64,000 bases of DNA, taken from the NCBI GenBank assembly GCA_903824785.1, contig CAIJYD010000078.1, forward strand, positions 37,365 to 101,364, in the 5' to 3' direction. Below, one piece after another: positions 20,910 through 30,516 of this stretch. Source of the DNA: an uncultured Bacteroidota bacterium. Lineage in GTDB: Bacteria > Bacteroidota > Bacteroidia > Bacteroidales > VadinHA17. The stretch's first letter is position 1. Every line of letters starts with the position of its first letter. The notes beneath the pieces were generated by a model. The model did not search any database, was not told the origin of the DNA, and worked only from the letters and a program-made list of their open reading frames with translations. A program made the position numbers and the translations under genes.

Positions 20910-21994
20910 AGAAGGTACTTTTTATTGACAGAGATGGAACAATAATTACTGAGCCGGAGGATGAGCAGACTGATAGTTATGAAAAGCTCGCATTTCTTCC
21001 GGGGGTAATATCCTGCTTATCAAAAATTGCAAGAGAGACCGACTTCGAACTTGTAATGGTAACCAATCAGGACGGGCTTGGTACAGAATCGTTTCCTGAA
21101 GAGACATTCTGGCCCGCTCATAATAAGATGCTGCAGATTCTTAAAGATGAAGGCATTATATTCAAAGAGATATTCATTGACAAAACTTTCCCCGCGCAAA
21201 AGGCACCGACGCGAAAACCCGGAACTGCTCTGCTTACAAAATACCTGGCTCAGGGAATTGATACTGACTCTTCATATGTTATAGGCGACAGGCTTACAGA
21301 TGTTGAGCTTGCAAAGAATATCGGATGCAAAGCAATCTATATCAGTAACGATAATACTGCTGAAGCTGAATTATGCACCACCGACTGGAATGATATCTGT
21401 AAGTTTCTGAAACAGTTGCCGCGAAGTGCCGGAGTGGTAAGGAAAACAGCTGAGACAGATATCTCGGTCTGGCTGAATCTTGATGGTTCGGGAAAAAGTT
21501 CCATTGATACAGGAATAGGCTTCTTCGACCATATGCTTGAACAGATCTCAAAGCACGGGAACCTTGATCTTAACATAAAAGTAAAAGGCGATCTGAATAT
21601 TGACGAACACCATACTGTTGAAGATGTTGCAATAACACTTGGGGAAGCAATATTGAAAGCAACAGGCGGTAAGAAAGGTATTGAGAGATACAGCTTCGTG
21701 CTGCCAATGGATGATTGCCTTGCACAGGTTGCACTCGATTTTGGCGGCCGTCCCTGGCTGGTATGGGAGGTAACCTTTATGAGGGAAAAGATCGGTGAGA
21801 TGCCTTCTGAGATGTTTTTTCACTTTTTCAAATCGTTCAGCGACAATGCCAGGTGCAATCTGAATATCAAAGCTGAGGGGCAGAATGAACACCACAAAAT
21901 AGAAGCAATATTCAAAGCATTTGCTAAAGCCATTAAAATGTCTGTGAAACAAACTGATAACTATAATCTGCCATCAACAAAAGGAAGCTTATGA
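20906..21994 (+). CDS. hisB: bifunctional histidinol-phosphatase / imidazoleglycerol-phosphate dehydratase
   Basis: 362 aa. The N-terminal HAD motif is LFIDRDGTI. The C-terminal IGPD motifs are [15 protein letters not shown] and [15 protein letters not shown]. Confidence 0.93.
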   Translation: MKKVLFIDRDGTIITEPEDEQTDSYEKLAFLPGVISCLSKIARETDFELVMVTNQDGLGTESFPEETFWPAHNKMLQILKDEGIIFKEIFIDKTFPAQKAPTRKPGTALLTKYLAQGIDTDSSYVIGDRLTDVELAKNIGCKAIYISNDNTAEAELCTTDWNDICKFLKQLPRSAGVVRKTAETDISVWLNLDGSGKSSIDTGIGFFDHMLEQISKHGNLDLNIKVKGDLNIDEHHTVEDVAITLGEAILKATGGKKGIERYSFVLPMDDCLAQVALDFGGRPWLVWEVTFMREKIGEMPSEMFFHFFKSFSDNARCNLNIKAEGQNEHHKIEAIFKAFAKAIKMSVKQTDNYNLPSTKGSL

Positions 21995-22569
21995 TCGCAA
22001 TCCTGAAATATAACGCCGGGAATATTAAATCTGTTCAGAATGCCCTAACACGTTTGGGTTACGAAAGCATTATAACAGACGATCCGGAGGAACTCATGAA
22101 GGCCGAGAAGGTCATCTTTCCGGGTGTGGGAGAGGCCGGTTCTGCAATGCATTACCTTCTGGAGAGAGGTCTGGATAAAACCATCATTTCCTTAAAGAAG
22201 CCGGTACTTGGTATTTGCCTAGGTATGCAGCTTATGTGCCGCCATTCCGAAGAAGCTGACACCAGATGTCTTGGGATATTTGATGCAGATGTGAAACTTT
22301 TTCCGCCGGTGGATAAGATTCCGCATATGGGCTGGAATAATTTTCTCACAATAAAAGGTGAACTTTATAAAGGAATATCACTTGAAGATGATGTCTATTT
22401 TGTTCATAGCTATTATTCGGAGATCTCATCATGTACTTCAGCTACATGCGATTACATCTTGCCATTTAGTGCATCGATGCAGAGCGGAAATTTCTATGCC
22501 ACTCAGTTTCATCCCGAGAAATCAGCGGGCGTCGGAGAAAAAATATTGCAAAATTTTCTGGAGATATGA
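21991..22569 (+). CDS. hisH: imidazole glycerol phosphate synthase, glutaminase subunit
   Basis: 192 aa with the GATase-1 motif GICLGMQLM and FHPEKS. Confidence 0.93.
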   Translation: MIAILKYNAGNIKSVQNALTRLGYESIITDDPEELMKAEKVIFPGVGEAGSAMHYLLERGLDKTIISLKKPVLGICLGMQLMCRHSEEADTRCLGIFDADVKLFPPVDKIPHMGWNNFLTIKGELYKGISLEDDVYFVHSYYSEISSCTSATCDYILPFSASMQSGNFYATQFHPEKSAGVGEKILQNFLEI

Positions 22570-23279
22570 GAATAATCCTGGCTATCGACATAATTGATGG
22601 GAAATGTGTCCGCCTGTCGAAAGGTGACTTCAATACAAAAAAAGTGTATAACGAAGATCCCCTTGCAGTTGCAATGGAAATTGAAGATAATGGAATTAAA
22701 TATCTTCACCTGGTTGACCTGGACGGAGCGAAGAACAAAAAAATTGAAAACCTGAAAGTCCTTGAAAAAATCGCTGAAAAAACAAAACTCAAAATCGACT
22801 TTGGCGGTGGGTTAAGAACTTATGAGGACGTAATAACTGTACTAAATGCAGGCGCAAGACAGGTTACGGCAGGGAGTGTAGCTTTAACTGACCCGCGCTT
22901 ATTCATGGAATGGTTGTCAAAACTGGGACAGGAAAAGCTAATACTAGGGGCAGACTGCATCGGCAGGAAAGTATCCACAGCAGGATGGCTTGAAAACTCA
23001 GACAAAGATATAATCAGTTTTATTTCCGAGTACAGATCAAAGGGAGTGAAATATGCAATATGTACTGATATTGAGAAAGATGGAATGCTTCAGGGACCAT
23101 CAACTGCATTGTATAAAGAGATAATGAGTTCAGTAAAAATCAATCTCATAGCCAGCGGAGGCATAACATCCTTAAAAGATATTGATGATGTAAGGGAAGC
23201 CGGATGCGAAGGTGCTATTATTGGCAAAGCTGTTTATGAGGGTAAGCTTACACTGAAAAAACTGGGAGAACAATGTTAA
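22566..23279 (+). CDS. hisA: ProFAR isomerase
   Basis: 237 aa with [19 protein letters not shown] and GGI; position is between hisH and hisF. Confidence 0.9.
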   Translation: MRIILAIDIIDGKCVRLSKGDFNTKKVYNEDPLAVAMEIEDNGIKYLHLVDLDGAKNKKIENLKVLEKIAEKTKLKIDFGGGLRTYEDVITVLNAGARQVTAGSVALTDPRLFMEWLSKLGQEKLILGADCIGRKVSTAGWLENSDKDIISFISEYRSKGVKYAICTDIEKDGMLQGPSTALYKEIMSSVKINLIASGGITSLKDIDDVREAGCEGAIIGKAVYEGKLTLKKLGEQC

Positions 23280-24028
23280 AAAGACGAATAATTCCCTGTC
23301 TCGATATTAAAGACGGGAGAACAGTAAAAGGTATAAATTTTATTAACCTTAGGGATGCCGGAGATCCGGTTGAACTCGCAAAAGAATATGCCAGACAGGG
23401 TGCAGACGAACTGGTTTTTCTGGATATAACAGCTACTATTGAGAACCGGAAAGCTCTTGCAGGGCTGGTAGAAAGGATTGCTGCAGAAATCAATATCCCT
23501 TTTACTGTTGGGGGAGGAATCGATACCATCGAGGATGTCTCAATACTACTGAAGGCAGGTGCCGATAAGGTAACTGTTAACTCATCAGCAGTAAAAAGGC
23601 CTGAACTGATTTCGGAGATGGCCGGGGAGTTTGGGAGTCAGTGTGTTGTTGTTGCAATCGATACAAAACTGATTGACGGGGAGTGGATTGTTTTTGTAAA
23701 CGGCGGTCGCACACCTGTTGAGTATAAAACAGCCGCCTGGGCCCGAAGGGTTGAGGAGCTGGGAGCAGGTGAGATCCTTCTGACCTCTATGAATAATGAC
23801 GGAACAAGGTCGGGGTTTTCAATCGACATCACAGGCGAGGTGAGCAGAAGCATTAATATTCCTGTTATTGCTTCAGGAGGTGCAGGCACTATGGAACATT
23901 TCAGTGAAGTCTTTTTCAATACAGCATGCAGTGCAGCTCTTGCAGCCAGTATCTTTCACTTCGGAGAGATAACAATCCCTGATCTGAAAAAGTATCTGCA
24001 TAAGGAAAACATCAGTGTAAGATTATAA
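23273..24028 (+). CDS. hisF: imidazole glycerol phosphate synthase, cyclase subunit
   Basis: 251 aa with [22 protein letters not shown] and ASGGAG. Confidence 0.95.
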   Translation: MLKRRIIPCLDIKDGRTVKGINFINLRDAGDPVELAKEYARQGADELVFLDITATIENRKALAGLVERIAAEINIPFTVGGGIDTIEDVSILLKAGADKVTVNSSAVKRPELISEMAGEFGSQCVVVAIDTKLIDGEWIVFVNGGRTPVEYKTAAWARRVEELGAGEILLTSMNNDGTRSGFSIDITGEVSRSINIPVIASGGAGTMEHFSEVFFNTACSAALAASIFHFGEITIPDLKKYLHKENISVRL

Positions 24029-24069
24029 AAATGACCATCACGAATGAATAATAATAAACCAAACATATC

Positions 24070-24666
24070 ATGAAAATTGATTTCAGCAAAGGAGACGGCC
24101 TTGTACCTGTTGTAATCCAGGACAATAACACACTTCAGGTATTGATGGTAGGTTATATGAATGAAGAGGCTCTTGAAAAAACAAAAGCAGATAATAAGGT
24201 TACCTTTTTCAGCAGAAGCAAAAACCGCCTCTGGACCAAAGGCGAAACATCAGGAAACTACTTATTTGTGAAAGAGATCCTGACCGATTGCGATAATGAC
24301 TCGCTTCTCGTCAAAGTGGATCCGGCCGGACCAGTGTGTCATACCGGAAGTACCAGCTGCTTTGATGAAGAGACAGCAAAAGGATTTATATATGAACTTG
24401 AACAAATTATAGATCAGCGAATTGAGAACAATGCCAATGACTCTTATACTAATAAATTATACAGAAAAGGGATCAATAAGGTGGCTCAGAAAGTTGGCGA
24501 AGAAGCTGTAGAATTAATAATTGAAGCCAAGGATAACAATATTGATCTGTTCAAAAATGAAGCTGCGGACCTGTTATACCATCTGCTTATCCTTCTGAAA
24601 GCTAAAAATATCAGCTTAGAGAGTATAGAGGAGGTGCTTTCTGAACGTCATAAAATTAACCCTTAA
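24070..24666 (+). CDS. hisI: bifunctional phosphoribosyl-AMP cyclohydrolase / phosphoribosyl-ATP pyrophosphatase
   Basis: 198 aa with LVPVVIQD...LWTKGETSGN...CHTG (HisI) and a C-terminal KVGEEAVE...EAADLLYHL (HisE). Confidence 0.93.
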   Translation: MKIDFSKGDGLVPVVIQDNNTLQVLMVGYMNEEALEKTKADNKVTFFSRSKNRLWTKGETSGNYLFVKEILTDCDNDSLLVKVDPAGPVCHTGSTSCFDEETAKGFIYELEQIIDQRIENNANDSYTNKLYRKGINKVAQKVGEEAVELIIEAKDNNIDLFKNEAADLLYHLLILLKAKNISLESIEEVLSERHKINP

Positions 24667-24760
24667 CCAAGACAAGCACCTTTTGGTGTGATAAAGGAGT
24701 CAGATTTTAACCTGTTTTGTGTTTTTTATTGCTTTTTACTTGTAATTTTAAAAAATACAT

Positions 24761-24768
24761 TACTTTTG
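24761..24768 (+). promoter_or_regulatory. candidate -7 promoter box TActTTTG for the Phe/Tyr leader
   Basis: TACTTTTG at 24761-24768, 21 nt upstream of the leader ATG. The only -33-like element is an imperfect cTTG at 24739-24742. Confidence 0.4.
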
Positions 24769-24789
24769 TAAGCCAATAACGCCAGACAA

Positions 24790-24855
24790 ATGAATATTGT
24801 GTACAAATATTTTATCTCTTTTTATTACTTCTATTTTTATTTTAAAAACAGATAA
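24790..24855 (+). CDS. aromatic (Phe/Tyr) leader peptide MNIVYKYFISFYYFYFYFKNR (21 aa; 5 Phe + 6 Tyr)
   Basis: ATG 24790 to TAA 24853-24855. The residues from position 5 to 18 are YKYFISFYYFYFYF. It is followed by a terminator hairpin and then pheA. Confidence 0.75.
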   Translation: MNIVYKYFISFYYFYFYFKNR

Positions 24856-24895
24856 CGGGATTTTTGTATACAGATAAATTTAATTTATATGAAAG

Positions 24896-24927
24896 CAAGG
24901 GTCCCTCAAAGGGGCCCTTGTTCATTT
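24896..24927 (+). terminator. attenuator terminator upstream of pheA
   Basis: CAAGGGTCCC (24896-24905), loop TCAAA, GGGGCCCTTG (24911-24920). This is a 10-bp stem with one G-U pair, followed by TTCATTT. I could not identify a convincing antiterminator by eye. Confidence 0.65.
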
Positions 24928-24942
24928 AATAACACTTTTGAC

Positions 24943-25773
24943 ATGAAGATTGCAATACAGGGAGAAAAAGGATGCTTTCATGAAGTTGCTGCAAGACAGT
25001 ACTTTAGCTACGACTCAATAGATATTGTTCCTTGTTCAACTTTCGATCTCACTCTTAACACGGTGAAATCAGGAGAAGCCGATTTTGCTGTGATGGCGAT
25101 AGAAAATGCAAGATCAGGAAGTATTCTTTATAATTATACTCTTATAAGGGAATCAGGAATGAAGATCCTAGGAGAGCATAACCTGCGAATAAAACAGAAC
25201 CTCATGGCTTTGCCGGGGCAGTCAATAACCGACATCCGCGAGATCAGAACCCACCCGATAGCTATTGCCCAATGCATGACCTATCTTAATCAGTTTCCGG
25301 GAATTATTCTGATTGAGAGCGATGACACAGCCGGCAGTGCAAGGCAGATAAGCGAAACCAAAGCCATGGGGGTAGCTGCAATAGCTTCTTCCAATGCAGC
25401 GGAAATTTACGGACTTGATATACTTGCCTCAGGAATAGAAACTTACAAGCAGAACTACACCAGGTTCCATATTGTGGGAAGTGAAGATAAAGGAAACAAA
25501 CGCGGCAATAAGGTTTCAATCTGCTTTTCAACCGGTCATAAACCGGGGTCACTGGCAACAATACTCGTTAAGCTGGCTGAACTCGGAATTAACCTTTCAA
25601 AAATCCAGTCTGTTCCAAGATTAAACGGCGAATGGGAGTATATGTTCTATCTCGATCTGGAACTGCATAAGGATTCCAACTCTGATGTTATTAAAAGAGT
25701 ACTCGAAAAGCGGACAAGTAATTTAGAGATCTTAGGAGTATATTTTAAAGGAGACATGCTATATGAAAGTTAA
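24943..25773 (+). CDS. pheA: prephenate dehydratase
   Basis: MKIAIQGEKGCFHE... is the typical PDT N-terminus. TRF, ESRP-like and ACT-domain regions are present. The ORF-track start at 24889 reads through the terminator hairpin and is rejected. Confidence 0.9.
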   Translation: MKIAIQGEKGCFHEVAARQYFSYDSIDIVPCSTFDLTLNTVKSGEADFAVMAIENARSGSILYNYTLIRESGMKILGEHNLRIKQNLMALPGQSITDIREIRTHPIAIAQCMTYLNQFPGIILIESDDTAGSARQISETKAMGVAAIASSNAAEIYGLDILASGIETYKQNYTRFHIVGSEDKGNKRGNKVSICFSTGHKPGSLATILVKLAELGINLSKIQSVPRLNGEWEYMFYLDLELHKDSNSDVIKRVLEKRTSNLEILGVYFKGDMLYES

Positions 25774-26929
25774 ACCGGCAGACCGTACCAGCAACGTACA
25801 GGAATATTACTTTTCTCAGAAGCTCGCCCAGATCGATAAAATGCGCAGGGAAGGTGCAGATATCATTAACCTCGGTATAGGCAGCCCCGATCAGCCCCCT
25901 TCGGCAAACACAATTTCCGCTTTGATAACAGAAGCCGGAAAGGCTACCTCGCATGGCTATCAGAGCTATACCGGAATTCCTGCTTTACGAAAAGCCTTTT
26001 CAGAATGGTATAGAAAATATTTCCATGTTGAGCTCGATCCGGATACTGAAATTCTGCCTCTGATGGGAAGCAAGGAGGGAATTATGCATATCAGCATGGC
26101 TTATGTAAACCCGGGTGATGAGGTACTTGTTCCCGATCCGGGATACCCTACATATTCATCTGTCACTAACCTTGTTGGAGGAATTGTAAGAAAATATGAC
26201 CTTAATGAAAATGGAGGCTGGTTTCCCGATCTGGAAGCACTTGCTCAAAGCGATCTGAGCAAAGTAAAGATCATGTGGGTCAACTACCCGCATATGCCTA
26301 CAGGGACAAAAGGAACAAGAGTTCTGTTTGAAAAGCTTGTTGCCTTTTCTGACAAATACGGAATACTGCTCTGCAACGACAATCCATACAGCTTCATACT
26401 AAATAAGGAATATCTCAGCCTGCTGGCGGTTGATGGCGCAAAGGAAACAGCATTGGAACTAAACTCGCTGAGTAAATCGCAGAATATGGCAGGATGGCGT
26501 ATCGGAATGGTTGCAGGTAATAGCGGATATATCAAAAATGTTCTCAAAGTAAAAAGCAACATGGATTCCGGAATGTTCCTGGCAATGCAAATGGCTGCAG
26601 TTGAAGCAATTAATAACCCGGAATCGTGGTATGAGACAGTAAATTCTGTCTATGTTAAACGTCGCATTATAGTTGAGGAAATAATGGAAATCCTCAACTG
26701 CAGATATGACAAAACTCAGGTTGGATTGTTTGTCTGGGGACGTATCCCTGAAAATATAGGTAACTGTGAATCATATATTGAAAACATTCTCAATAAGACA
26801 CATGTATTTATAACACCCGGATTTATTTTCGGAGATAACGGAGAGAGATATTTGCGCATTTCGCTATGTGCCAGTGAAAAGAGATTGATGGAGGCAAAAG
26901 AGAGATTGTTGAAAATGAAAAATATTTAA
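25763..26929 (+). CDS. class I/II PLP-dependent aminotransferase (probable aromatic/prephenate aminotransferase)
   Basis: 388 aa with NLGIGSPDQPP and the PLP-lysine context LNSLSKSQNMAGWRIG. It overlaps the pheA end by 11 nt. Confidence 0.8.
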   Translation: MKVKPADRTSNVQEYYFSQKLAQIDKMRREGADIINLGIGSPDQPPSANTISALITEAGKATSHGYQSYTGIPALRKAFSEWYRKYFHVELDPDTEILPLMGSKEGIMHISMAYVNPGDEVLVPDPGYPTYSSVTNLVGGIVRKYDLNENGGWFPDLEALAQSDLSKVKIMWVNYPHMPTGTKGTRVLFEKLVAFSDKYGILLCNDNPYSFILNKEYLSLLAVDGAKETALELNSLSKSQNMAGWRIGMVAGNSGYIKNVLKVKSNMDSGMFLAMQMAAVEAINNPESWYETVNSVYVKRRIIVEEIMEILNCRYDKTQVGLFVWGRIPENIGNCESYIENILNKTHVFITPGFIFGDNGERYLRISLCASEKRLMEAKERLLKMKNI

Positions 26930-26959
26930 CCATAATCAGAACAGATAATAAGATAAGAG

Positions 26960-27805
26960 ATGACAATTGCAGTAGTAGGAATAGGATTGATTGGAGGTTC
27001 GCTGATGGTTGATCTTCGTAAACGGGGATTTACAGACAGAATAATTGGCGTTGATAACAATATGCATCACCAGAATATTGCTCTGCTTTGCGGATTAGTG
27101 GATGAGATTGAAACTCTTGAAAACGCTGTAAATAAGAGCGACCTGATTATCCTCTGTACGCCGGTCAGTACAAATTGCAGGATGCTTCCCGAAATACTCG
27201 ATATGATTGAAGGAACAACAAAAGTTGTAACCGATATGGGCTCAACCAAGGCCAGTATTGCAAATGCTGCAAAAGACCATAAGGCAAGAGGCCGGTATGT
27301 AGCAGTTCATCCGATGGCAGGCACCGAATATTCAGGCCCACTTGCAGCTATCGGAAAATTATTCGACTACAAAACTGCCATTCTCTGTGACAGGGAGCTG
27401 AGCGATAAGGATGCTATTGAAAAAGTTGAGAAAATGCTGGATATCCTGAATATGCATAAAGTCTATATGAACTCCACCGATCACGATATGCATGTTGCCT
27501 ATATCTCTCATATTTCGCATATTACATCTTTTTCCCTTGCACTTTGCGTCCTCGAAAAAGAGCATGAAGAACAAAATATACTAACTCTTGCGGGTGGTGG
27601 TTTTGAGAGTACTGTCCGTCTGGCCAAAAGTAACGGAGAAACATGGGCTCCTATTTTTCTCGAAAATGGCGAATATATTCTTGAAGTGATGGACACTTAC
27701 ATTGAAAAGATGAATTCATTCAGAAAGATGATAACCGATAAGGATATCAACGGACTGAAAAGCCTTATGGAAGAGGCGAACAAAATCAGAAAAATATTAA
27801 ACTGA
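26960..27805 (+). CDS. tyrA: prephenate dehydrogenase
   Basis: 281 aa with the Rossmann motif VVGIGLIGGS and HPMAGTE. Confidence 0.88.
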   Translation: MTIAVVGIGLIGGSLMVDLRKRGFTDRIIGVDNNMHHQNIALLCGLVDEIETLENAVNKSDLIILCTPVSTNCRMLPEILDMIEGTTKVVTDMGSTKASIANAAKDHKARGRYVAVHPMAGTEYSGPLAAIGKLFDYKTAILCDRELSDKDAIEKVEKMLDILNMHKVYMNSTDHDMHVAYISHISHITSFSLALCVLEKEHEEQNILTLAGGGFESTVRLAKSNGETWAPIFLENGEYILEVMDTYIEKMNSFRKMITDKDINGLKSLMEEANKIRKILN

Positions 27806-27853
27806 GCAATATTTATCGTAAGAAAAAATCTGAAAAACTAACATATTTATATT

Positions 27854-28969
27854 ATGGTATTAAAACTTGAGAATTCCCTGATTAAAGACTGGAGAGGTTA
27901 TAAAGGAAGGCCCTTTCTGATCTCCGGTCCGTGCAGCGCCGAAACAGAAGAGCAGGTTATGGAAACAGCCCTGCAGCTGGCTAAGTTAAAAGAGGTCAGC
28001 GTATTTCGTGCAGGCATATGGAAACCAAGAACCCGTCCTAATTCTTTTGAAGGTGTAGGTACTGAAGGGTTGAAATGGCTCAGAAGAGTAAAGCAGGAGA
28101 CCGGCCTTTTAGTTGGTACTGAAGTGGCAAACGAAAAACATGTTTACGAAGCTCTGAAATACGGAGTTGATATGCTGTGGATCGGTGCACGCACATCTGT
28201 TAATCCATTCACAGTACAGGAGATCTCAGATGCCCTGAATGGTGTTGATGTAATGGTTCTTGTGAAGAACCCCATTAACCCCGACATTGAGTTATGGATG
28301 GGTGCCATTGAACGTATTGCAAGAGCCGGCATTACAAGGATTGGTGCTATACACCGCGGTTTCTCTTCCTACGAAAAAACATTGTACCGTAACCAGCCCA
28401 ACTGGCAGCTGCCTATTGAATTGCGGAGGCGTATCCCCGATCTGCCAATCATCTGCGATCCGAGCCATATTGGTGGCGCGAGACAATTCCTTCACGAGAT
28501 CTCTCAGAAAGCAATGGATCTCAACTTCGACGGCTTAATGATCGAATCGCATATTAATCCGGCACAGGCATTAAGCGACTCCGCCCAGCAGCTTACCCCC
28601 AATGATCTGAAAGAGATGTTGAGCAGGCTTATCCTGCGAAATCCAAGTACCTCCGACCCAAAATTGCTTGATGTGCTTGGAGAACTCAGGCAGCAGATAG
28701 ATGTATACGATGAACATCTGCTCGATCTGATGGAACAAAGAATGAAAGTGGCAGAAACAATTGGTCGTTATAAAAAGGAAAATAATATTACTATCTTGCA
28801 GAGCATCCGGTGGGATGAAATTATCAAGAAAGCAGTAGCCAAAGGCAAGGCAAAGGGATTAAGTGCAGAACTTATAGATGCAATGTTCAAAGCTATTCAC
28901 CAGGAGTCAATTAACCATCAGATGAGGATAATGAACAACGATGTAAAAGATCCGGAAAATAAAATATAA
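27854..28969 (+). CDS. bifunctional DAHP synthase (type I-beta) / chorismate mutase (C-terminal AroQ domain)
   Basis: 371 aa. The DAHPS region shows ISGPCSAETEEQV...FRAGIWKPRT...CDPSH. The C-terminal LRQQIDVYDEHLLDLMEQRMKVAETIGRYK is AroQ-like. Confidence 0.88.
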   Translation: MVLKLENSLIKDWRGYKGRPFLISGPCSAETEEQVMETALQLAKLKEVSVFRAGIWKPRTRPNSFEGVGTEGLKWLRRVKQETGLLVGTEVANEKHVYEALKYGVDMLWIGARTSVNPFTVQEISDALNGVDVMVLVKNPINPDIELWMGAIERIARAGITRIGAIHRGFSSYEKTLYRNQPNWQLPIELRRRIPDLPIICDPSHIGGARQFLHEISQKAMDLNFDGLMIESHINPAQALSDSAQQLTPNDLKEMLSRLILRNPSTSDPKLLDVLGELRQQIDVYDEHLLDLMEQRMKVAETIGRYKKENNITILQSIRWDEIIKKAVAKGKAKGLSAELIDAMFKAIHQESINHQMRIMNNDVKDPENKI

Positions 28970-28983
28970 AGACCAGAATATTT

Positions 28984-30234
28984 ATGGAAAGAAATGTAGA
29001 ACCATCGGTAATCAGAGGTCAGCTCAGAGCTCCCGCCTCAAAGAGCATGACTCAACGGGCAATTGCTGCCGCTTTACTTGCCGATGGGCAAAGCATAATT
29101 CTGAACCCATCCTATTGCGACGACTCTTTAGCCGCAATGAGTATTGCAGTCGGACTGGGAGCCAGGGTAAATCCACATCCGGGGGAACTGGAAATTACCG
29201 GCTCTTGTGTACTGAAAGAACCAAAACTGAATTGCGGTGAATCGGGGCTCGCTATCAGAATGTTCTCCCCCATTGCTGCATTGTATCCGGCAGAAATAAT
29301 AATGTCCGGTGCAAATTCTCTCAAGAAAAGACCAATGTCAATGATAGAAGAGGCGCTGAGCCAGCTGGGAGTCAAATGCACCAGTACCGGCGGATTTCTT
29401 CCTCTTACAATACAGGGGCCAATTGCAGGCGGTTATGCTGAAATTGACGGATCGGTCAGCAGTCAGCTGTTAACAGGTCTCCTTCTTGCTTTGCCCCTTG
29501 CAACCAATGATTCTGAAATTAAGGTAACCAACCTGAAGAGCAAACCTTATATCGACATGACCATTGAGATCCTCAGGTCTTTCGGAATAACTGTTCATAA
29601 CCACGACTACAACCTGTTCACTATCCCGGGCAATCAGAAGTATATTCCTAACAGATATACTGTTGAGAGTGACTGGAGTGGCGGGGCATTCCTTCTTGTT
29701 GCAGGTGCCATAAACGGAGAGTTAACTGTTAATGGTCTTAATACAGAGAGTTTGCAAAGCGATATGGCTATAATTTCAGCTCTTGAAAAAGCCGGCGCAA
29801 AAATGAAAATCAGCGGCAACCAGATTGATATTTCCAGATCAGAATTAAAAGCATTCGATTTCGATGCAACGGAATCACCAGATCTTTTCCCTCCTCTTGT
29901 CGCACTGGCAGCTTACTGCAAAGGTGTCTCCTCAATAAAAGGGGTCTCGCGCCTTATATATAAAGAGAGCGACAGAGCCTCCGCCCTCAAACTGGAGTTC
30001 GGGAAAATGAATATCGGTATTGAGATTAAAGATGACAGTATGTTTGTTACCGGGGGTCAGCCTCAGGGAGCACATGTTGAATCGCATGAAGACCATCGCA
30101 TTGCTATGGCTGTTGCTATTGCTGCTCTTGGAGCGACCGGTACAGTATTTATCCGAGACTCACAATGCGTTGCAAAATCCTATCCCGGCTTTTTTGATGA
30201 CCTCAGGCTTCTTGGAGCTTTAGTTCATGAATGA
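28984..30234 (+). CDS. aroA: 3-phosphoshikimate 1-carboxyvinyltransferase (EPSP synthase)
   Basis: 416 aa with APASKSMTQRA, GESGLAIRM and HEDHRIAMAVAIAAL. Confidence 0.88.
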   Translation: MERNVEPSVIRGQLRAPASKSMTQRAIAAALLADGQSIILNPSYCDDSLAAMSIAVGLGARVNPHPGELEITGSCVLKEPKLNCGESGLAIRMFSPIAALYPAEIIMSGANSLKKRPMSMIEEALSQLGVKCTSTGGFLPLTIQGPIAGGYAEIDGSVSSQLLTGLLLALPLATNDSEIKVTNLKSKPYIDMTIEILRSFGITVHNHDYNLFTIPGNQKYIPNRYTVESDWSGGAFLLVAGAINGELTVNGLNTESLQSDMAIISALEKAGAKMKISGNQIDISRSELKAFDFDATESPDLFPPLVALAAYCKGVSSIKGVSRLIYKESDRASALKLEFGKMNIGIEIKDDSMFVTGGQPQGAHVESHEDHRIAMAVAIAALGATGTVFIRDSQCVAKSYPGFFDDLRLLGALVHE

Positions 30235-30313
30235 TACACTAAAGACCTTATTACTGCCTGTTCTCATCATAAACAGGATAATCTGATGAATATTTTAAAA
30301 ATAAAAGCATTTT

Positions 30314-30346
30314 TTTGTTGATATTTTAAATTTTTAATTATTTTTG
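30314..30346 (+). promoter_or_regulatory. candidate promoter (-33 TTTG, -7 TAttTTTG) for the trp leader
   Basis: TTTG at 30314-30317, a 21-nt spacer, and TATTTTTG at 30339-30346. The leader ATG lies 6 nt downstream, so the leader would have a very short 5' UTR or be leaderless. Confidence 0.45.
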
Positions 30347-30351
30347 CGGTC

Positions 30352-30426
30352 ATGAATACACAAATGTTTTATATCTGGTCTTGGCGCAGTTTATCTTATG
30401 ATACTGTGAGACAAGCCGTTATATAA
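30352..30426 (+). CDS. trp leader peptide MNTQMFYIWSWRSLSYDTVRQAVI (24 aa; W-S-W)
   Basis: ATG 30352 to TAA 30424-30426, with TGG codons at 30376 and 30382. It is followed by a perfect terminator and then trpB2. Confidence 0.7.
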   Translation: MNTQMFYIWSWRSLSYDTVRQAVI

Positions 30427-30450
30427 CATTTACAAGATATTTATTTAACC

Positions 30451-30479
30451 AGGCACACTGTTCACAGTGTGCCTTTTTT
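30451..30479 (+). terminator. attenuator terminator upstream of trpB2
   Basis: AGGCACACTG (30451-30460), loop TTCA, CAGTGTGCCT (30465-30474). This is a perfect 10-bp stem; the T-run TTTTTT (30474-30479) includes the final stem T. ACTGTGA inside the leader ORF (30403-30409) can pair with TCACAGT (30462-30468) as an antiterminator. Confidence 0.8.
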
Positions 30480-30516
30480 ATTTGAATTTATTAACCAAAC
30501 AATAAAAATCAAGAAA

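Noticed and set aside
24667-24760. Small hairpin CACC-tttt-GGTG after hisIE as the his operon terminator
   Set aside because: The stem is only 4 bp with no adjacent T-tract, which is too weak to call. The observation is used only as context for the insulator idea in the supercluster finding.
24889-24942. ORF-track N-terminal extension of pheA (MKARVPQRGPCSFNNTFD...)
   Set aside because: The extension is encoded by the terminator hairpin itself (24896-24920). Prephenate dehydratases typically begin M-K-I-A-(I/Y)-(Q/L)-G, which is exactly what the ATG at 24943 gives.
30469-30516. ORF-track N-terminal extension of trpB2 (MPFLFEFINQTIKIKK...)
   Set aside because: This start codon lies inside the right arm of the 30451-30474 terminator stem. 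The TrpB2-like conserved N-terminus begins at the ATG at 30517.
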